Shown here: positions 41,283-51,424 of the stretch, piece after piece
Numbering within the stretch: position 1 is the first letter of the stretch
Layout of the letters: every line of letters starts with the position of its first letter
NCBI GenBank assembly: GCA_963793305.1
Contig: CAWBZV010000002.1
Span: forward strand, 512,001-576,000
DNA: 64,000 nt
DNA from: an uncultured Gemmatimonadales bacterium
GTDB taxonomy: Bacteria; Gemmatimonadota; Gemmatimonadetes; Gemmatimonadales; Gemmatimonadaceae
Reading direction: 5' to 3'
Position numbers and translations under genes: made by a program
Notes under the pieces: model-generated
Database searches by the model: none
What the model was told of the DNA's origin: nothing
What the model saw: only the letters and a program-made list of their open reading frames with translations

Positions 41283-41606
41283 CGCGAATACCGGTGGGAG
41301 TCGGACTGAATGACCACAAAAACTTCTGTCCTTTCAGGTGCGACTAGTATTTGCGCAATGTCGCAACTGGTGCAGAATCGCGAGATCCGTCGATGTCCGG
41401 CAAATGGTGCGTCACTCTATCGCATTGCTGCATAGCGATTAAGCAGATACGCATCGAGTGCGCTCGCCCGAGCCGTGAACTATCGTGACACGACGCGGTT
41501 GCGGGTCGTCGAGACGTAAATGCGTCTATCTGTCACGTTATTTAACAGACCGCTTTCTAGGCGGTTCGGGAGAATCTCGGAGTGATCGGTGCTCGTCCCC
41601 GACGCG

Positions 41607-42443
41607 TCACTGGACGGGGAGCGAGAGGTACAACTTCCCGAGATCCGTCAGCTGGCCGGTGGCGCCGAGGAGGCTCGTGTAGTGCGGGTCGGGGCTCAGT
41701 CGGCCCGTGAACCAGGCATAGCGAAAGACGTCAGTGCGACTCTCGCAGGTCGCAACCATATCCGTCATCTGCGCTTCTTGCTTCGCCAGCGTGTTGATCT
41801 CGGCCCCGTCGTTCTGGCTGTGCCAATTCGCGAATTCGGTTACCCAGAACGGCTTCCCGTATTTCGTCAGGCGATCGAGTTGGGCGGAGAGGCCGTAGTC
41901 GTACCAGTGGAACGCGAGATAGTCAATGCGTGGTTGCCGACCATTGTTCGCGGCTTCGTATGCCGCGTAGAACGCATCGAGCCACGCCACGGGATCCTCA
42001 TAACCTGTCATGGTGCCCCACGTCATCGCCGGGCCCACGATGTCGGCGCCAGTCTGTGACGCGAGCACTTCGAACTGCGGCCACATCTGCGCTGCTTGCT
42101 GCGGCGTGACATTGGCCTGCGTCGCGATGTTTGGTTCGTTCAGCACCAGGATGTAGCCGTGCGTCTGCATCCCGGACACGGTGAAGTTGAACGTCCAGAG
42201 CATTGGCTCGAACTGCATGCCGTACTGCGTCGCGTAGTTTGCGGGAACGGCGGCGTTTGGGTACGGACTCCAGTTGTACCACCAGCTCACGCCCGGTGAG
42301 AGGGCAGCGAGGTCGGCGGGAGATGCGAGATCGTAGGCGATACCCCGCTTCGCGCTCTTGCTGAGTGTGCTGCTCGTGCTTGTGCTCGTAGCGCCGGAGC
42401 AGGCCGCCACAGCGGCGACTATCAGCAGGGCGTAGTGTTTCAT
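41607..42443 (-). CDS. Glycoside hydrolase (GH128 / Glyco_hydro_cc-like) lipoprotein
   Basis: KRGIAY, SWWYNW, LNEP, FHWY, WVTEF, FRYAWF. Confidence 0.88.
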   Translation of the reverse strand: MKHYALLIVAAVAACSGATSTSTSSTLSKSAKRGIAYDLASPADLAALSPGVSWWYNWSPYPNAAVPANYATQYGMQFEPMLWTFNFTVSGMQTHGYILVLNEPNIATQANVTPQQAAQMWPQFEVLASQTGADIVGPAMTWGTMTGYEDPVAWLDAFYAAYEAANNGRQPRIDYLAFHWYDYGLSAQLDRLTKYGKPFWVTEFANWHSQNDGAEINTLAKQEAQMTDMVATCESRTDVFRYAWFTGRLSPDPHYTSLLGATGQLTDLGKLYLSLPVQ

Positions 42444-42455
42444 TAATGTTCCCAG

Positions 42456-43574
42456 ATGCCGAGTAAGAGCTCGAGTTCTCGCTGGTCATGGACGATCGGC
42501 CGGATCGCCGGTATCGATATCCAGGTCCACGCAACGTTCCTGTTACTGCTTGCCTGGATCGCCTACGCGCAATACCAGGCAGCCGGAACGGCCGCGGCAG
42601 CGTGGTCGGGCGTCGCGTTCACACTTGCGGTATTCGGCTCCGTCGTCCTTCACGAGCTCGGCCATGCGTTGACCGCGGCGCACTTTGGCGTCAAGACGCG
42701 CGCGATCCTGCTGTGGCCGCTTGGCGGCGTTGCCCAGCTCGAGCAGATCCCTGATGCACCGCGAGAAGAGTTCTTGATCGCGGCGGCCGGGCCGGCGGTC
42801 ACCGTTGTGATCGCGATCATTCTGTACATCGTCCTGCGACTCGCCGGCGTTCCACTGGATTGGCGGAACGCACTCAGTGGAACCGGACAGTCGTTCCTCG
42901 AACGCCTCTTGTGGATCAACGTGGTGCTCGCCGCGTTCAACCTCCTGCCGGCGTTTCCGATGGACGGCGGACGGATCCTGCGCTCGCTCCTCGCGATGCG
43001 CATGGATCATGGACGCGCGACGACGATCGCGGCGGCCATCGGGCAAACGTTCGCGATCGCGTTCGGCCTCATCGGGCTGTTCGTGACGGGGAATGTGTGG
43101 CTCGTGTTCATCGCGTTCTTTGTCTGGATCGCCGCGGCGAGCGAAGCGCGGGCGTCCCGCTTCAAGTCGGCGCTCGATGGCATCCCCGTGTCGCGCGTCA
43201 TGATCACCAACGTCCAAACGCTCGCGCCGCGCGATCCGCTGTCGGCCGCCGTGGATCACGTCGTGGCCGGCTTCCAACACGACTTCCCGGTGATCGACAA
43301 CGGGAAAGTGGTGGGTGTGCTCACCCGCTCCGATCTCCTGCGAGCCGTCGCTCAGGGGCGATCCGGCGCAACGGTCGGCAATGTCATGCAGACGAACTTC
43401 GCGGCCGCATCGCCGAACGACATGTTGGATGCGGCGCTCACCCGGCTGCAACAGTGCGCGTGTCAAACGCTGCCCGTGCTGCGTGACGGTCAGCTCGCCG
43501 GCGTGCTCACCATGGAGTCCATCGGCACGCTCGTGGCGTTCAGTGGTCAAACCCCTTCACCATCGTCAGCATGA
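42456..43574 (+). CDS. Site-2 protease (M50) with CBS pair
   Basis: HELGH, AAAGP, NLLPAFPMDGG, CBS domains. Confidence 0.94.
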   Translation: MPSKSSSSRWSWTIGRIAGIDIQVHATFLLLLAWIAYAQYQAAGTAAAAWSGVAFTLAVFGSVVLHELGHALTAAHFGVKTRAILLWPLGGVAQLEQIPDAPREEFLIAAAGPAVTVVIAIILYIVLRLAGVPLDWRNALSGTGQSFLERLLWINVVLAAFNLLPAFPMDGGRILRSLLAMRMDHGRATTIAAAIGQTFAIAFGLIGLFVTGNVWLVFIAFFVWIAAASEARASRFKSALDGIPVSRVMITNVQTLAPRDPLSAAVDHVVAGFQHDFPVIDNGKVVGVLTRSDLLRAVAQGRSGATVGNVMQTNFAAASPNDMLDAALTRLQQCACQTLPVLRDGQLAGVLTMESIGTLVAFSGQTPSPSSA

Positions 43575-44134
43575 AAGTCATCCCCATTCTCAGTCTGGCG
43601 TTACTCGCTTCCTGCGCGACGGTACAAGTGCGTACCGCGGCGGCGCCGGGCACCCAATTCTCCACCCTGCACTCGTTCATCGTGATGGCGACACCGAAGG
43701 GCCACAGGGATACTGGAGGCGAGGGTGATCAGTTCAACAGCGTAGACCCAATGCTCCAGAACTCGATCACCTACCGCGCGCTGCACAACGACCTCGTGTC
43801 GAATTTCCAGGAACGCGGCTACGTGGTCGACTCGGCCAAGCCGGACTTCGCGGTCGCGGCCTACGCCACGGCACGGCAGCGGCTCAATGTGACCGACTAC
43901 GACTACGGATACCCGTATTGGCGGCACGGGTGGTGGGGGCCGGTCGTTCCGGCCATCACGGAGTACACCGAAGGGACCGTCGTCGTCGACGTGATCAACC
44001 CGACGACGAAAGAGCTATTGTGGCGCGGCCAGGGCACCGCTTCGGTCTCGGATGATCCGCAGACGTACGCGAAGGAGTTGGCCAGAACCGTGGCGAAGAT
44101 CGTCGACCGGTTCCCGGAGGCGGCGCCTCGATAG
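43571..44134 (+). CDS. DUF4136 lipoprotein
   Basis: LASC lipobox; YTEGTVVVDVI...LLWRG. Confidence 0.85.
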   Translation: MKVIPILSLALLASCATVQVRTAAAPGTQFSTLHSFIVMATPKGHRDTGGEGDQFNSVDPMLQNSITYRALHNDLVSNFQERGYVVDSAKPDFAVAAYATARQRLNVTDYDYGYPYWRHGWWGPVVPAITEYTEGTVVVDVINPTTKELLWRGQGTASVSDDPQTYAKELARTVAKIVDRFPEAAPR

Positions 44135-44162
44135 TCGCCGGGCGCGATTAGATTACCGGCCC

Positions 44163-45722
44163 ATGCGTCTTACCACTGTGGTCGCGCATGGGATCGTCGT
44201 TCGCTTTGGTGGCGTCGCCGCGCTGAGTGGCGTCGATCTCACGCTCACCGCAGGGTCGGTTCACGCGCTCTGCGGTGAGAACGGGGCCGGGAAGTCGACC
44301 CTCATGAAAGTATTGGCCGGCTCGGTGACGCCGGACGAAGGCTCGGTCGCGATCGATGGCCAACCGGTGACCTTCGGTAGCCCGCGCGATGCACTGGCGG
44401 CCGGCATTCGGATGGTGCACCAGGAGTTGAGCCTGGTGCCCGCGCTGTCCGTCACCGAGAACGTGCTGCTCGGCGCCGAGTCTCCCCGAAACACCATGCG
44501 CCAGCGGACGCTGGATGCGTTGGCGCGGATCGGCTCAGGACTCGACCCTGACGTTCGGGTCGAGACCCTGTCGCTCGCGGACCAGCAGATGGTCGAGATC
44601 GCGAAGGCGCTGGCCTCGGCCAATACCCGCGTGTTGATCCTCGACGAGCCGACGGCGATCCTCTCGCCCCGCGAGTGCGATGCCCTGTTCGCGTGCATCC
44701 AGCAACTCACGAGCCCGGGTCAAGCGAGCCCGGGTCAAGCGAGCCCGGGTCAAGCGAGCCCGGGTCAAGCGAGCTCGGGTCAAGCGAGCTCGGGTCAAGC
44801 GAGCTCGGGTCTCGCGAACTCGGGTCTCGCCGTGCTCTACTGCACGCATCGTCTGGAAGAAGTCGCCCGCGTCGCCGACACCGTAACGGTCTTGCGCGAT
44901 GGCCGCGTGATCGCATCCGGTCCGGTGGCCGAGATGCCCCGGGATGTCATCGTGCGCCACATGGTCGGTCGAGACGTTGCGCGCGCAGCGCGCACGCACA
45001 ATTCGCCCGGCCCAGTGGCGCTCGCCGTGCGCGACCTGTCGTCGGGATTCGTGCGCGAGGTGACGTTCGAAGTCCGCTACGGCGAGATCGTCGGATTCGT
45101 GGGCCTCGTCGGCGCCGGTCGCACCGAGCTCGTTCGCGCGATCATCGGCGCTGCCCCAATCGATGGCGGCGCCATGATGTTAGAAGGCCGCCCGTTTCGT
45201 GCCCGCCGGCCGGCCGACGCCATTCGCCAGGGATTCGGCTTCGTACCAGAGGACCGAAAGGGCGCTGGACTGATCATGCACGAGCGCGTGCGCGTGAACA
45301 CGACGCTGGCGCGCCTCACGTCCTTCGCGCGGTGGAGTATCGTCGATCGCCGCCGTGAGCAGCAGGTGACGCGCGAGTGGATCGACCGGCTCCACATCAA
45401 GGCGCAGTCGACCGAGATGCCGGTCGACCGCCTCTCCGGCGGGAATCAGCAAAAGGTCGTCCTGACGCGGTGGCTCCTCGGCGAGCTCAAGGTGCTGATC
45501 GTCGATGAGCCGACGCGCGGCGTCGACGTCGGCGCCCGCGCCGAGATCTACCGAATCTTGATCGAGCTCGCGCAGTCCGGTGCCGCCGTGATCGTCGTCA
45601 CGTCCGATCTGCCGGAGGCCGCCGAGCTCTGCGATCGCTTGCTCGTGATGCGAGAAGGACGGCTCGTGGGAGAATCCGACACGGCCGAGCGCGCCGGAAC
45701 GATGATGGTGGGCGGCGCGTGA
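44163..45722 (+). CDS. Sugar ABC transporter ATPase (RbsA/MglA-like)
   Basis: GENGAGKST, LDEPT, LSGGNQQK, DEPTRGVD. Confidence 0.92.
   Translation: MRLTTVVAHGIVVRFGGVAALSGVDLTLTAGSVHALCGENGAGKSTLMKVLAGSVTPDEGSVAIDGQPVTFGSPRDALAAGIRMVHQELSLVPALSVTENVLLGAESPRNTMRQRTLDALARIGSGLDPDVRVETLSLADQQMVEIAKALASANTRVLILDEPTAILSPRECDALFACIQQLTSPGQASPGQASPGQASPGQASSGQASSGQASSGLANSGLAVLYCTHRLEEVARVADTVTVLRDGRVIASGPVAEMPRDVIVRHMVGRDVARAARTHNSPGPVALAVRDLSSGFVREVTFEVRYGEIVGFVGLVGAGRTELVRAIIGAAPIDGGAMMLEGRPFRARRPADAIRQGFGFVPEDRKGAGLIMHERVRVNTTLARLTSFARWSIVDRRREQQVTREWIDRLHIKAQSTEMPVDRLSGGNQQKVVLTRWLLGELKVLIVDEPTRGVDVGARAEIYRILIELAQSGAAVIVVTSDLPEAAELCDRLLVMREGRLVGESDTAERAGTMMVGGA
44710..44829 (+). repeat. 8 x 15-bp in-frame tandem repeat, (SPGQA)n
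   Basis: CGAGCCCGGGTCAAG x4, CGAGCTCGGGTCAAG x2, then CGAGCTCGGGTCTCG and CGAACTCGGGTCTCG. Confidence 0.95.
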
Positions 45723-46588
45723 GCGCGTTCGCGTCAGCGTTCTTCTCTGTCGCCAATCTGGTCAACGTCGCGCTCTCGATCGCCATCGTCGGCGTGCTTG
45801 GCGTGGGGATGACCGCCGTGATCCTGACGGGCGGCATCGACCTCTCGGTCGGATCGGGTGTGGCCCTCGTGGGCATCGCGACCGCGCTCGCCGCGCATGC
45901 GGGCGGGTCTCTCCTCGCATTGGCTGCCGGCATCCTCCTCGGCGGCCTCGGCGGCGCGTTCGTCGGGCTGCTCGTCGCCCGGTGGCGCGTCCCTTCGTTT
46001 CTCGTGACGCTCGCCACGCTGTCGATCTACCGCGGACTCGCGTATTGGATCAGCGGTGGTCGCTCGATCGGAGAGTTCCCACCCGGTTTGACCTGGCTCG
46101 GTCAGGGCATCGTGTTTGGGCTTCCGGTGCCGGTGTGGGTCATGCTCCTTGTGTTCGCTGTCGGCTGGTTCGTTCTGACCCGCACGACGGGCGGCCGCTG
46201 GGTCTATGCTACTGGCGGAAACGAGCAAGCCGCGTGGCTCGCCGGCGTGAATACACAGCGCGTCGTATTCGCGACCTATCTCGCGAACGGTCTCCTCGTC
46301 GGTCTGGCCGGGGTCATGCTCGCCGCGCGACTGGGCGCCGGCGTACCGAACGCGGGCGTCGGATACGAGCTCGATGTGATCGCCGCCGTCGTCGTTGGAG
46401 GGACTGCCCTCGTCGGCGGACGCGGCGGGGTGATCGGGACCCTGATCGGCGCCGTGTTCATCGGAGTGCTGAACAACGCGCTCAACATCGCCAACGTCGA
46501 TCCGTACATACAGCGGATCGTCGTGGGAGTCGTCATTTTGGGCGCTGTCCTGGCCGACCAGGTCTGGCGCCGCATACTTCGCCTGTGA
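45719..46588 (+). CDS. Sugar ABC permease (RbsC-like)
   Basis: GGIDLSVG, GGNEQAAWLAG, YELDVIAAVVVGG. Confidence 0.92.
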   Translation: MSAFASAFFSVANLVNVALSIAIVGVLGVGMTAVILTGGIDLSVGSGVALVGIATALAAHAGGSLLALAAGILLGGLGGAFVGLLVARWRVPSFLVTLATLSIYRGLAYWISGGRSIGEFPPGLTWLGQGIVFGLPVPVWVMLLVFAVGWFVLTRTTGGRWVYATGGNEQAAWLAGVNTQRVVFATYLANGLLVGLAGVMLAARLGAGVPNAGVGYELDVIAAVVVGGTALVGGRGGVIGTLIGAVFIGVLNNALNIANVDPYIQRIVVGVVILGAVLADQVWRRILRL

Positions 46589-47874
46589 AAAAACTCTACT
46601 GGATTGTCGCGCTCCTCCCCGTGGGTTCCGCCGCGGCCCAGTCGCCGGTCGATTCCGGACTCGCCGCGGCCATCGCGCAGATTCGCGCGATCGATAACCA
46701 CGCGCATCCGCTACTCCCGCCCCACGCGGGCATGCCGGCCGACTCCGACTACGATGCGCTGCCCCTGGCCGCGATTCCGCCGTTTCCGCTGCCGGCCGCG
46801 TTTGCCCCCGACAACCCCCAGTACGCGGTCGCGTGGCGCACGTTGTACGGCGACTCCTCGAAACGCTCTCAGGTCATGGCCCAACATGGCGACGGTTGGC
46901 CGACGTGGGCCCTCGACCAGATGGGCACCGACATCATGCTCGCCAATCGCGTGGCCGTGGGACCCGGTCTCATGCCGCCGCGATTTCGCTGGGTCGCGTT
47001 TATCGACCCGCTGCTGTTTCCCCTGAATACCTCGTTGGAGCGGGCGGCCACCCCCGACGTGCGCTCCCTCTATCCCCACGAAGAGCGTATCCTCGGCCGA
47101 TATCTCGCCGCGTTGCACCTCAAGATGGTCCCAGCGACGCTCGACGCGTACCTGTCCACCGTGGTCGTCCCCACCCTCGATCGGGTCAAGCGCGAGGGAG
47201 CCGTGGCGATCAAATACGAGGTGGCGTACCTCCGCGGGCTCGACTTCGGCAACCCATCGCGAGCGGCCGCGGCGGCGGTATATGCGCGCTATGCGGGCGG
47301 TGGCACCCCGACGCACGCCGAGTACAAGACGCTCGAGGACTTCCTGTTTCGCGAGATCGGTCGCCAGGCCGGCAAACGCGGGCTCGCCGTGCATATCCAC
47401 TCGGCCGACATCGCCGGTGGCTTTTACAACGTGACGGGCAGCCAGCCGCTGTTGCTCGAGGGTGTATTCAACGACTCGACCCTCCGGGGCACCAGGTTTG
47501 TACTCCTCCACGGTGGCTGGCCGCAAACACGCCAGACGCTGTCGATGCTCGGAAAGCCAAACGTGTACGCCGACTTCTCGATGATGGATCAAATGTTGTC
47601 GCCGGCAGTCCTGGCGGGCGTCCTGCGCGAATGGCTCAGCGAGTATCCAGACAAAGTTTTGTTCGGTACCGACGCCTTCGCCGACCACAACGAGGATCCG
47701 GTCGGCTGGGTCGAGACCGGCTGGGTCGCCGCGCGGACGGCGCGACGTGCGTTGGGGATCGCCCTGACCGGCATGATGAACGACGGCGAGATCTCGCGCG
47801 ACCGCGCCGTCCAGATCGCACGGATGGTGATGCGCACCAACGCGGCCACGTTGTACGGGCTGCCGGCAGAATAA
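46585..47874 (+). CDS. Exported amidohydrolase (Amidohydro_2 / FluG N-terminal-like)
   Basis: GTGA overlap, signal MKKLYWIVALL..AAAQ, IDNHAH, VHIH, LLHG, LFGTD. Confidence 0.85.
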   Translation: MKKLYWIVALLPVGSAAAQSPVDSGLAAAIAQIRAIDNHAHPLLPPHAGMPADSDYDALPLAAIPPFPLPAAFAPDNPQYAVAWRTLYGDSSKRSQVMAQHGDGWPTWALDQMGTDIMLANRVAVGPGLMPPRFRWVAFIDPLLFPLNTSLERAATPDVRSLYPHEERILGRYLAALHLKMVPATLDAYLSTVVVPTLDRVKREGAVAIKYEVAYLRGLDFGNPSRAAAAAVYARYAGGGTPTHAEYKTLEDFLFREIGRQAGKRGLAVHIHSADIAGGFYNVTGSQPLLLEGVFNDSTLRGTRFVLLHGGWPQTRQTLSMLGKPNVYADFSMMDQMLSPAVLAGVLREWLSEYPDKVLFGTDAFADHNEDPVGWVETGWVAARTARRALGIALTGMMNDGEISRDRAVQIARMVMRTNAATLYGLPAE

Positions 47875-47949
47875 ATACTGCGTGAAATAAATTCCGAAAC
47901 ACGTGGGTAGTGTTGCGCGGCCCGGACGACGTGCTATCGTTACAAGTGC

Positions 47950-48351
47950 ATGGCTGCTGAGCCGCGAACGTTGTTGATCGTGGACGATGAGCCCGTAATC
48001 GCGCGGGGTCTGGCTGCGTTGTTGGGCCGCCGCGGGTTCAACGTATTGACGGCCATGAGCGGATCCGCCGCCAGGGAGATACTCTCCCACCAGCACGTCG
48101 ACGGCCTCTTGATCGACTACCGCGTCGCCGACCTCCGTGGCGATGTTCTCCTCGCCGGCGCGATCGCGATCCAACCGCACCTCCGCAACCACGCGGTGTT
48201 CTTGACGGGCGACATCAGCGACACCGCGCGAGACGTCATCGCGGAGACCGGGTGCCCGGTCGTCATGAAGCCGTTCGAGACGGCGGAGTTGGTGCGCGTG
48301 TTGAACGAGGTCATTGGCGAGCCGCGTGAGTCTCAGCAGGGGAGTGCCTGA
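47950..48351 (+). CDS. Single-domain response regulator
   Basis: LIVDDE, LIDY, FLTG, KPF. Confidence 0.88.
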   Translation: MAAEPRTLLIVDDEPVIARGLAALLGRRGFNVLTAMSGSAAREILSHQHVDGLLIDYRVADLRGDVLLAGAIAIQPHLRNHAVFLTGDISDTARDVIAETGCPVVMKPFETAELVRVLNEVIGEPRESQQGSA

Positions 48352-49229
48352 GGTGTTCCCGCACTAGCTCTACGACGGTCTCGGGCTCCTCGATGTGTGA
48401 GAACGTACCACTCCGCTCCATCCAGACAAATCGCGCCTGTGGGGCATAGCGCGCGAACTCGATCTGATACGCGGGATAGAGCGCGCGATCATAGCGTCCC
48501 GCAAGTATCAGCGTCGGCACCGACATCGACAGCTCGGCAAGCCGCGGTCGAAAATCCGGCAGCTTGGCGACCTCTCCTCCAATAAAGAACTCAACGTCGT
48601 CCCCGACGAACACCGGGTACAACTCGGCGTTTCTCGATCCCGGTTCGCTGAGCAGCTTCTTCGCGTTGTCGGGATTGAAGAAGCGCACCAGCGGTCCATG
48701 CACGGCATACAGCGCCTGAACCCTCGGATCGGTCGAGCGAACCCCCGTCGCCCGCAGCGCCAATATTTTCTCCCACACTTCGGGAAATTGGTTTGCGATC
48801 TCGCGATTGATATTTTCGTGATTGCGCTGCCACATCTCGGGACTGTGCAGCGTGTTGGCGAGGATGAGGCGGCGTACACGATTGGGATGTGCGAGTGCAT
48901 ACGCCATGGCGACCATGCCGCCGTATGAAAACCCGTAGATGTTCAGCTGCTCGAGCCCGAGCGCCTCGCGCACGACGTTCGATGTCGGCCACGTCGCCGG
49001 CGAACGTGATGGTGCCTTGGTTGTCGGACTTTCCCCGGCCCCGATAGTCGAGATAGAGAATCCGATACTGATCGGCCAGCGCCGAGAAGTACGGGTGGAA
49101 CGTCAGATGGGAGCTCGCCGGCCCGCCGGAGAGTAACAAGAGGGGCGAGCCGCTCCCTTCACTCTCGACCCACAGTCGACCGCCGGGAATGTCAAGATAT
49201 TCCCCACTCACATGATAGTTCGGTGTCAT
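48311..49229 (-). CDS. Alpha/beta hydrolase (proline iminopeptidase-like); frameshift at ~48978
   Basis: LSGGP, DYRGRGKS, GFSYGG, GRYD. Confidence 0.83.
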
Positions 49230-49326
49230 ACCGGGCAACGTAGACGGACCGAGTTCCACGTGCGTGCCGGAGCTTGCGCCCGAATTCGCTTGGGCCTAGG
49301 ATCTCGCAACCCCCGGAGGAACAACT

Positions 49327-51366
49327 GTGGCGATACGACGTGCGTTGTGCGTGATAGCGATCGTGGCGACTCGGGTACAGGCGCAGGAGTCCCTGGCGCC
49401 GCTACGCGTGGTCGATCCGACGTACATGGATACCACCGTGAAAGCCTGTACGGATTTCTTCCAGTATTCGGTCGGCGGCTGGCTCAAGCACGACACGATT
49501 CCACCCGACTATTCGTACTCGGGAGTCGGTCGTGACATGGAGGACCGAAACGAGCTCGTGGTCCGATCCGTGCTCGAGGACGCCGCTTCGCATCGTGCGA
49601 CGGCGCCTGCAGGCAGCACCGAGCGGAAGCTCGGCACCTTCTACGCCACGTGCATGGATTCGACAGCGGCCGACGAGAGCGGCATCACGCCGCTCCAGCC
49701 GGCGCTCGATAGCATCGCGGCGGCGCGGACGTCGGCCGATCTCCTGCGACTGATCGTGGCGAATCAGGAGCGTGGCGCCAGGGTCCTGTTCAACTATGAT
49801 CCGGCCCCCGATCTGCACGACGCCGGCCGCTACATGGCGTTTCTCGGCCAGGGCGGCCTCGGGATGCCCGATCGCGATTACTACACGAACACGGGACACG
49901 AGGCTGACTCGCTCCGACAGGCGTACGTGCGGCACGTGACGAACACCCTGACGCTCGCGGGCGAGACACCGGGCGCTGCCGCGGCCGATGCGCAACACAT
50001 CATGGCGCTCGAGACCGCGCTGGCGAAGGCGTCGATGACGCGCGTGGCCCTGCGTGATCCGAAAGCGACCGATCATCCAACGTCCCTGGCCACGCTGCAC
50101 ACGACCGTGTCGGCGTTCGATTGGACCTCGTATTTCCGGACGATCGGCCTCGAGACGCCACCGGCGAAGGTCAATCTCTCGGAGCCGGCGTTCTTCAAGG
50201 AAGCCAACAGCCTGCTCGTCTCGACGCCGCTCTCAACTTGGAAACCGTATCTCCGCTATCACCTGATCCAGGCGGGCCAAAGCTGGCTCAGCACGCCATT
50301 CGTGAACGAGGATTTCGCCTACACGTCGTTGTTCACGGGCGCGAAGCAGCTCCTGCCGCGTTGGAAGCGCTGCCTCAGGGAGACCGACGGCGAGTTAGGA
50401 GAGGCGCTCGGCAAAGCGTACGTCGACAAGACCTTCCCGCCGGAAGCCAAGGCTCGGGCGAAGGAGATCATCGACGATGTGCGCGCCGCGTTTGGTGAAC
50501 GGCTGCGCAAGCTGACCTGGATGTCCGATACGACGCGGCAGAAGGCACTCTACAAGCTCGCGCAAATGCACGAGAAGGTCGGGTATCCGGACCTCTGGCG
50601 CGACTACTCGAAGCTCGAAGTGGCCGAGGGGCCGTTCGCGCTCAACGTCTTCCGCGCGAACCAATTCGAGTGGCAGCGCGTCGTCCGCCGGCCCGGGACG
50701 CCGGTCGACACGACCGAGTGGGGCATGACGGTCCCGACGGTGAACGCGTACTACAATGGCTCGAAGAACGAGATGGTGTTCCCCGCGGGAGCGCTCGAGC
50801 CGCAGACCTTCGATCCCAAGGCCGATGACGGCGCGAACTTCGGGTCGCTCGCCGGCAGCTGGGCCGGTCACGAGTTGACCCATGGGTTCGACGACGAAGG
50901 GCGGCATTTTGATGCGAAAGGCAATTTGACGGATTGGTGGACGGCGACCAATGGGGCGAAGTTCACGACGCAAGCCGACCTGATCGTCAAGCAGTTCAAC
51001 TCGTACGTCGCGGTGGACACGCTTCACGTGAACGGCAAGCTCACCGAGGGCGAGAACATCGCCGATTATGGCGGCGTCCTCACCGGATACGACGCGCTCG
51101 AGCGGGCGCTCCAGCAGCACGGACGGCCGGGGCTCATCAATGGATTCACGCCCGAGCAACGGTTTTTCCTCGGCTATGCGCAAAGCTGGCGCGGCCAGAC
51201 GCGGCCAGAGGAGATGCGCACGCGCGTCGCCACGGATCCGCACGCGCCCGAGCAGTGGCGCGTCAACGGGCCGCTCTCGAACGATCCGCTGTTCGCTCAG
51301 GCCTTTGGTTGCAAGGCCGGCGACCCCATGGTACGGTCAGCGGAGCTCGTGCCGCATATCTGGTGA
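49327..51366 (+). CDS. M13 family metalloendopeptidase (PepO/neprilysin-like)
   Basis: CTDFF, VNAYY, HELTHGFD, ENIAD, DPH; GGAGG RBS. Confidence 0.95.
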   Translation: MAIRRALCVIAIVATRVQAQESLAPLRVVDPTYMDTTVKACTDFFQYSVGGWLKHDTIPPDYSYSGVGRDMEDRNELVVRSVLEDAASHRATAPAGSTERKLGTFYATCMDSTAADESGITPLQPALDSIAAARTSADLLRLIVANQERGARVLFNYDPAPDLHDAGRYMAFLGQGGLGMPDRDYYTNTGHEADSLRQAYVRHVTNTLTLAGETPGAAAADAQHIMALETALAKASMTRVALRDPKATDHPTSLATLHTTVSAFDWTSYFRTIGLETPPAKVNLSEPAFFKEANSLLVSTPLSTWKPYLRYHLIQAGQSWLSTPFVNEDFAYTSLFTGAKQLLPRWKRCLRETDGELGEALGKAYVDKTFPPEAKARAKEIIDDVRAAFGERLRKLTWMSDTTRQKALYKLAQMHEKVGYPDLWRDYSKLEVAEGPFALNVFRANQFEWQRVVRRPGTPVDTTEWGMTVPTVNAYYNGSKNEMVFPAGALEPQTFDPKADDGANFGSLAGSWAGHELTHGFDDEGRHFDAKGNLTDWWTATNGAKFTTQADLIVKQFNSYVAVDTLHVNGKLTEGENIADYGGVLTGYDALERALQQHGRPGLINGFTPEQRFFLGYAQSWRGQTRPEEMRTRVATDPHAPEQWRVNGPLSNDPLFAQAFGCKAGDPMVRSAELVPHIW

Positions 51367-51424
51367 GCTTGACATGGGAGGCCCCTCTCGGCAACGTGAG
51401 GCAACTGAAGCCGAGAGGGGCCCC

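Noticed and set aside
44710..44829. Short repeat array as a possible CRISPR
   Set aside because: Contiguous 15-bp units with no spacers, in frame within a CDS; no cas genes.
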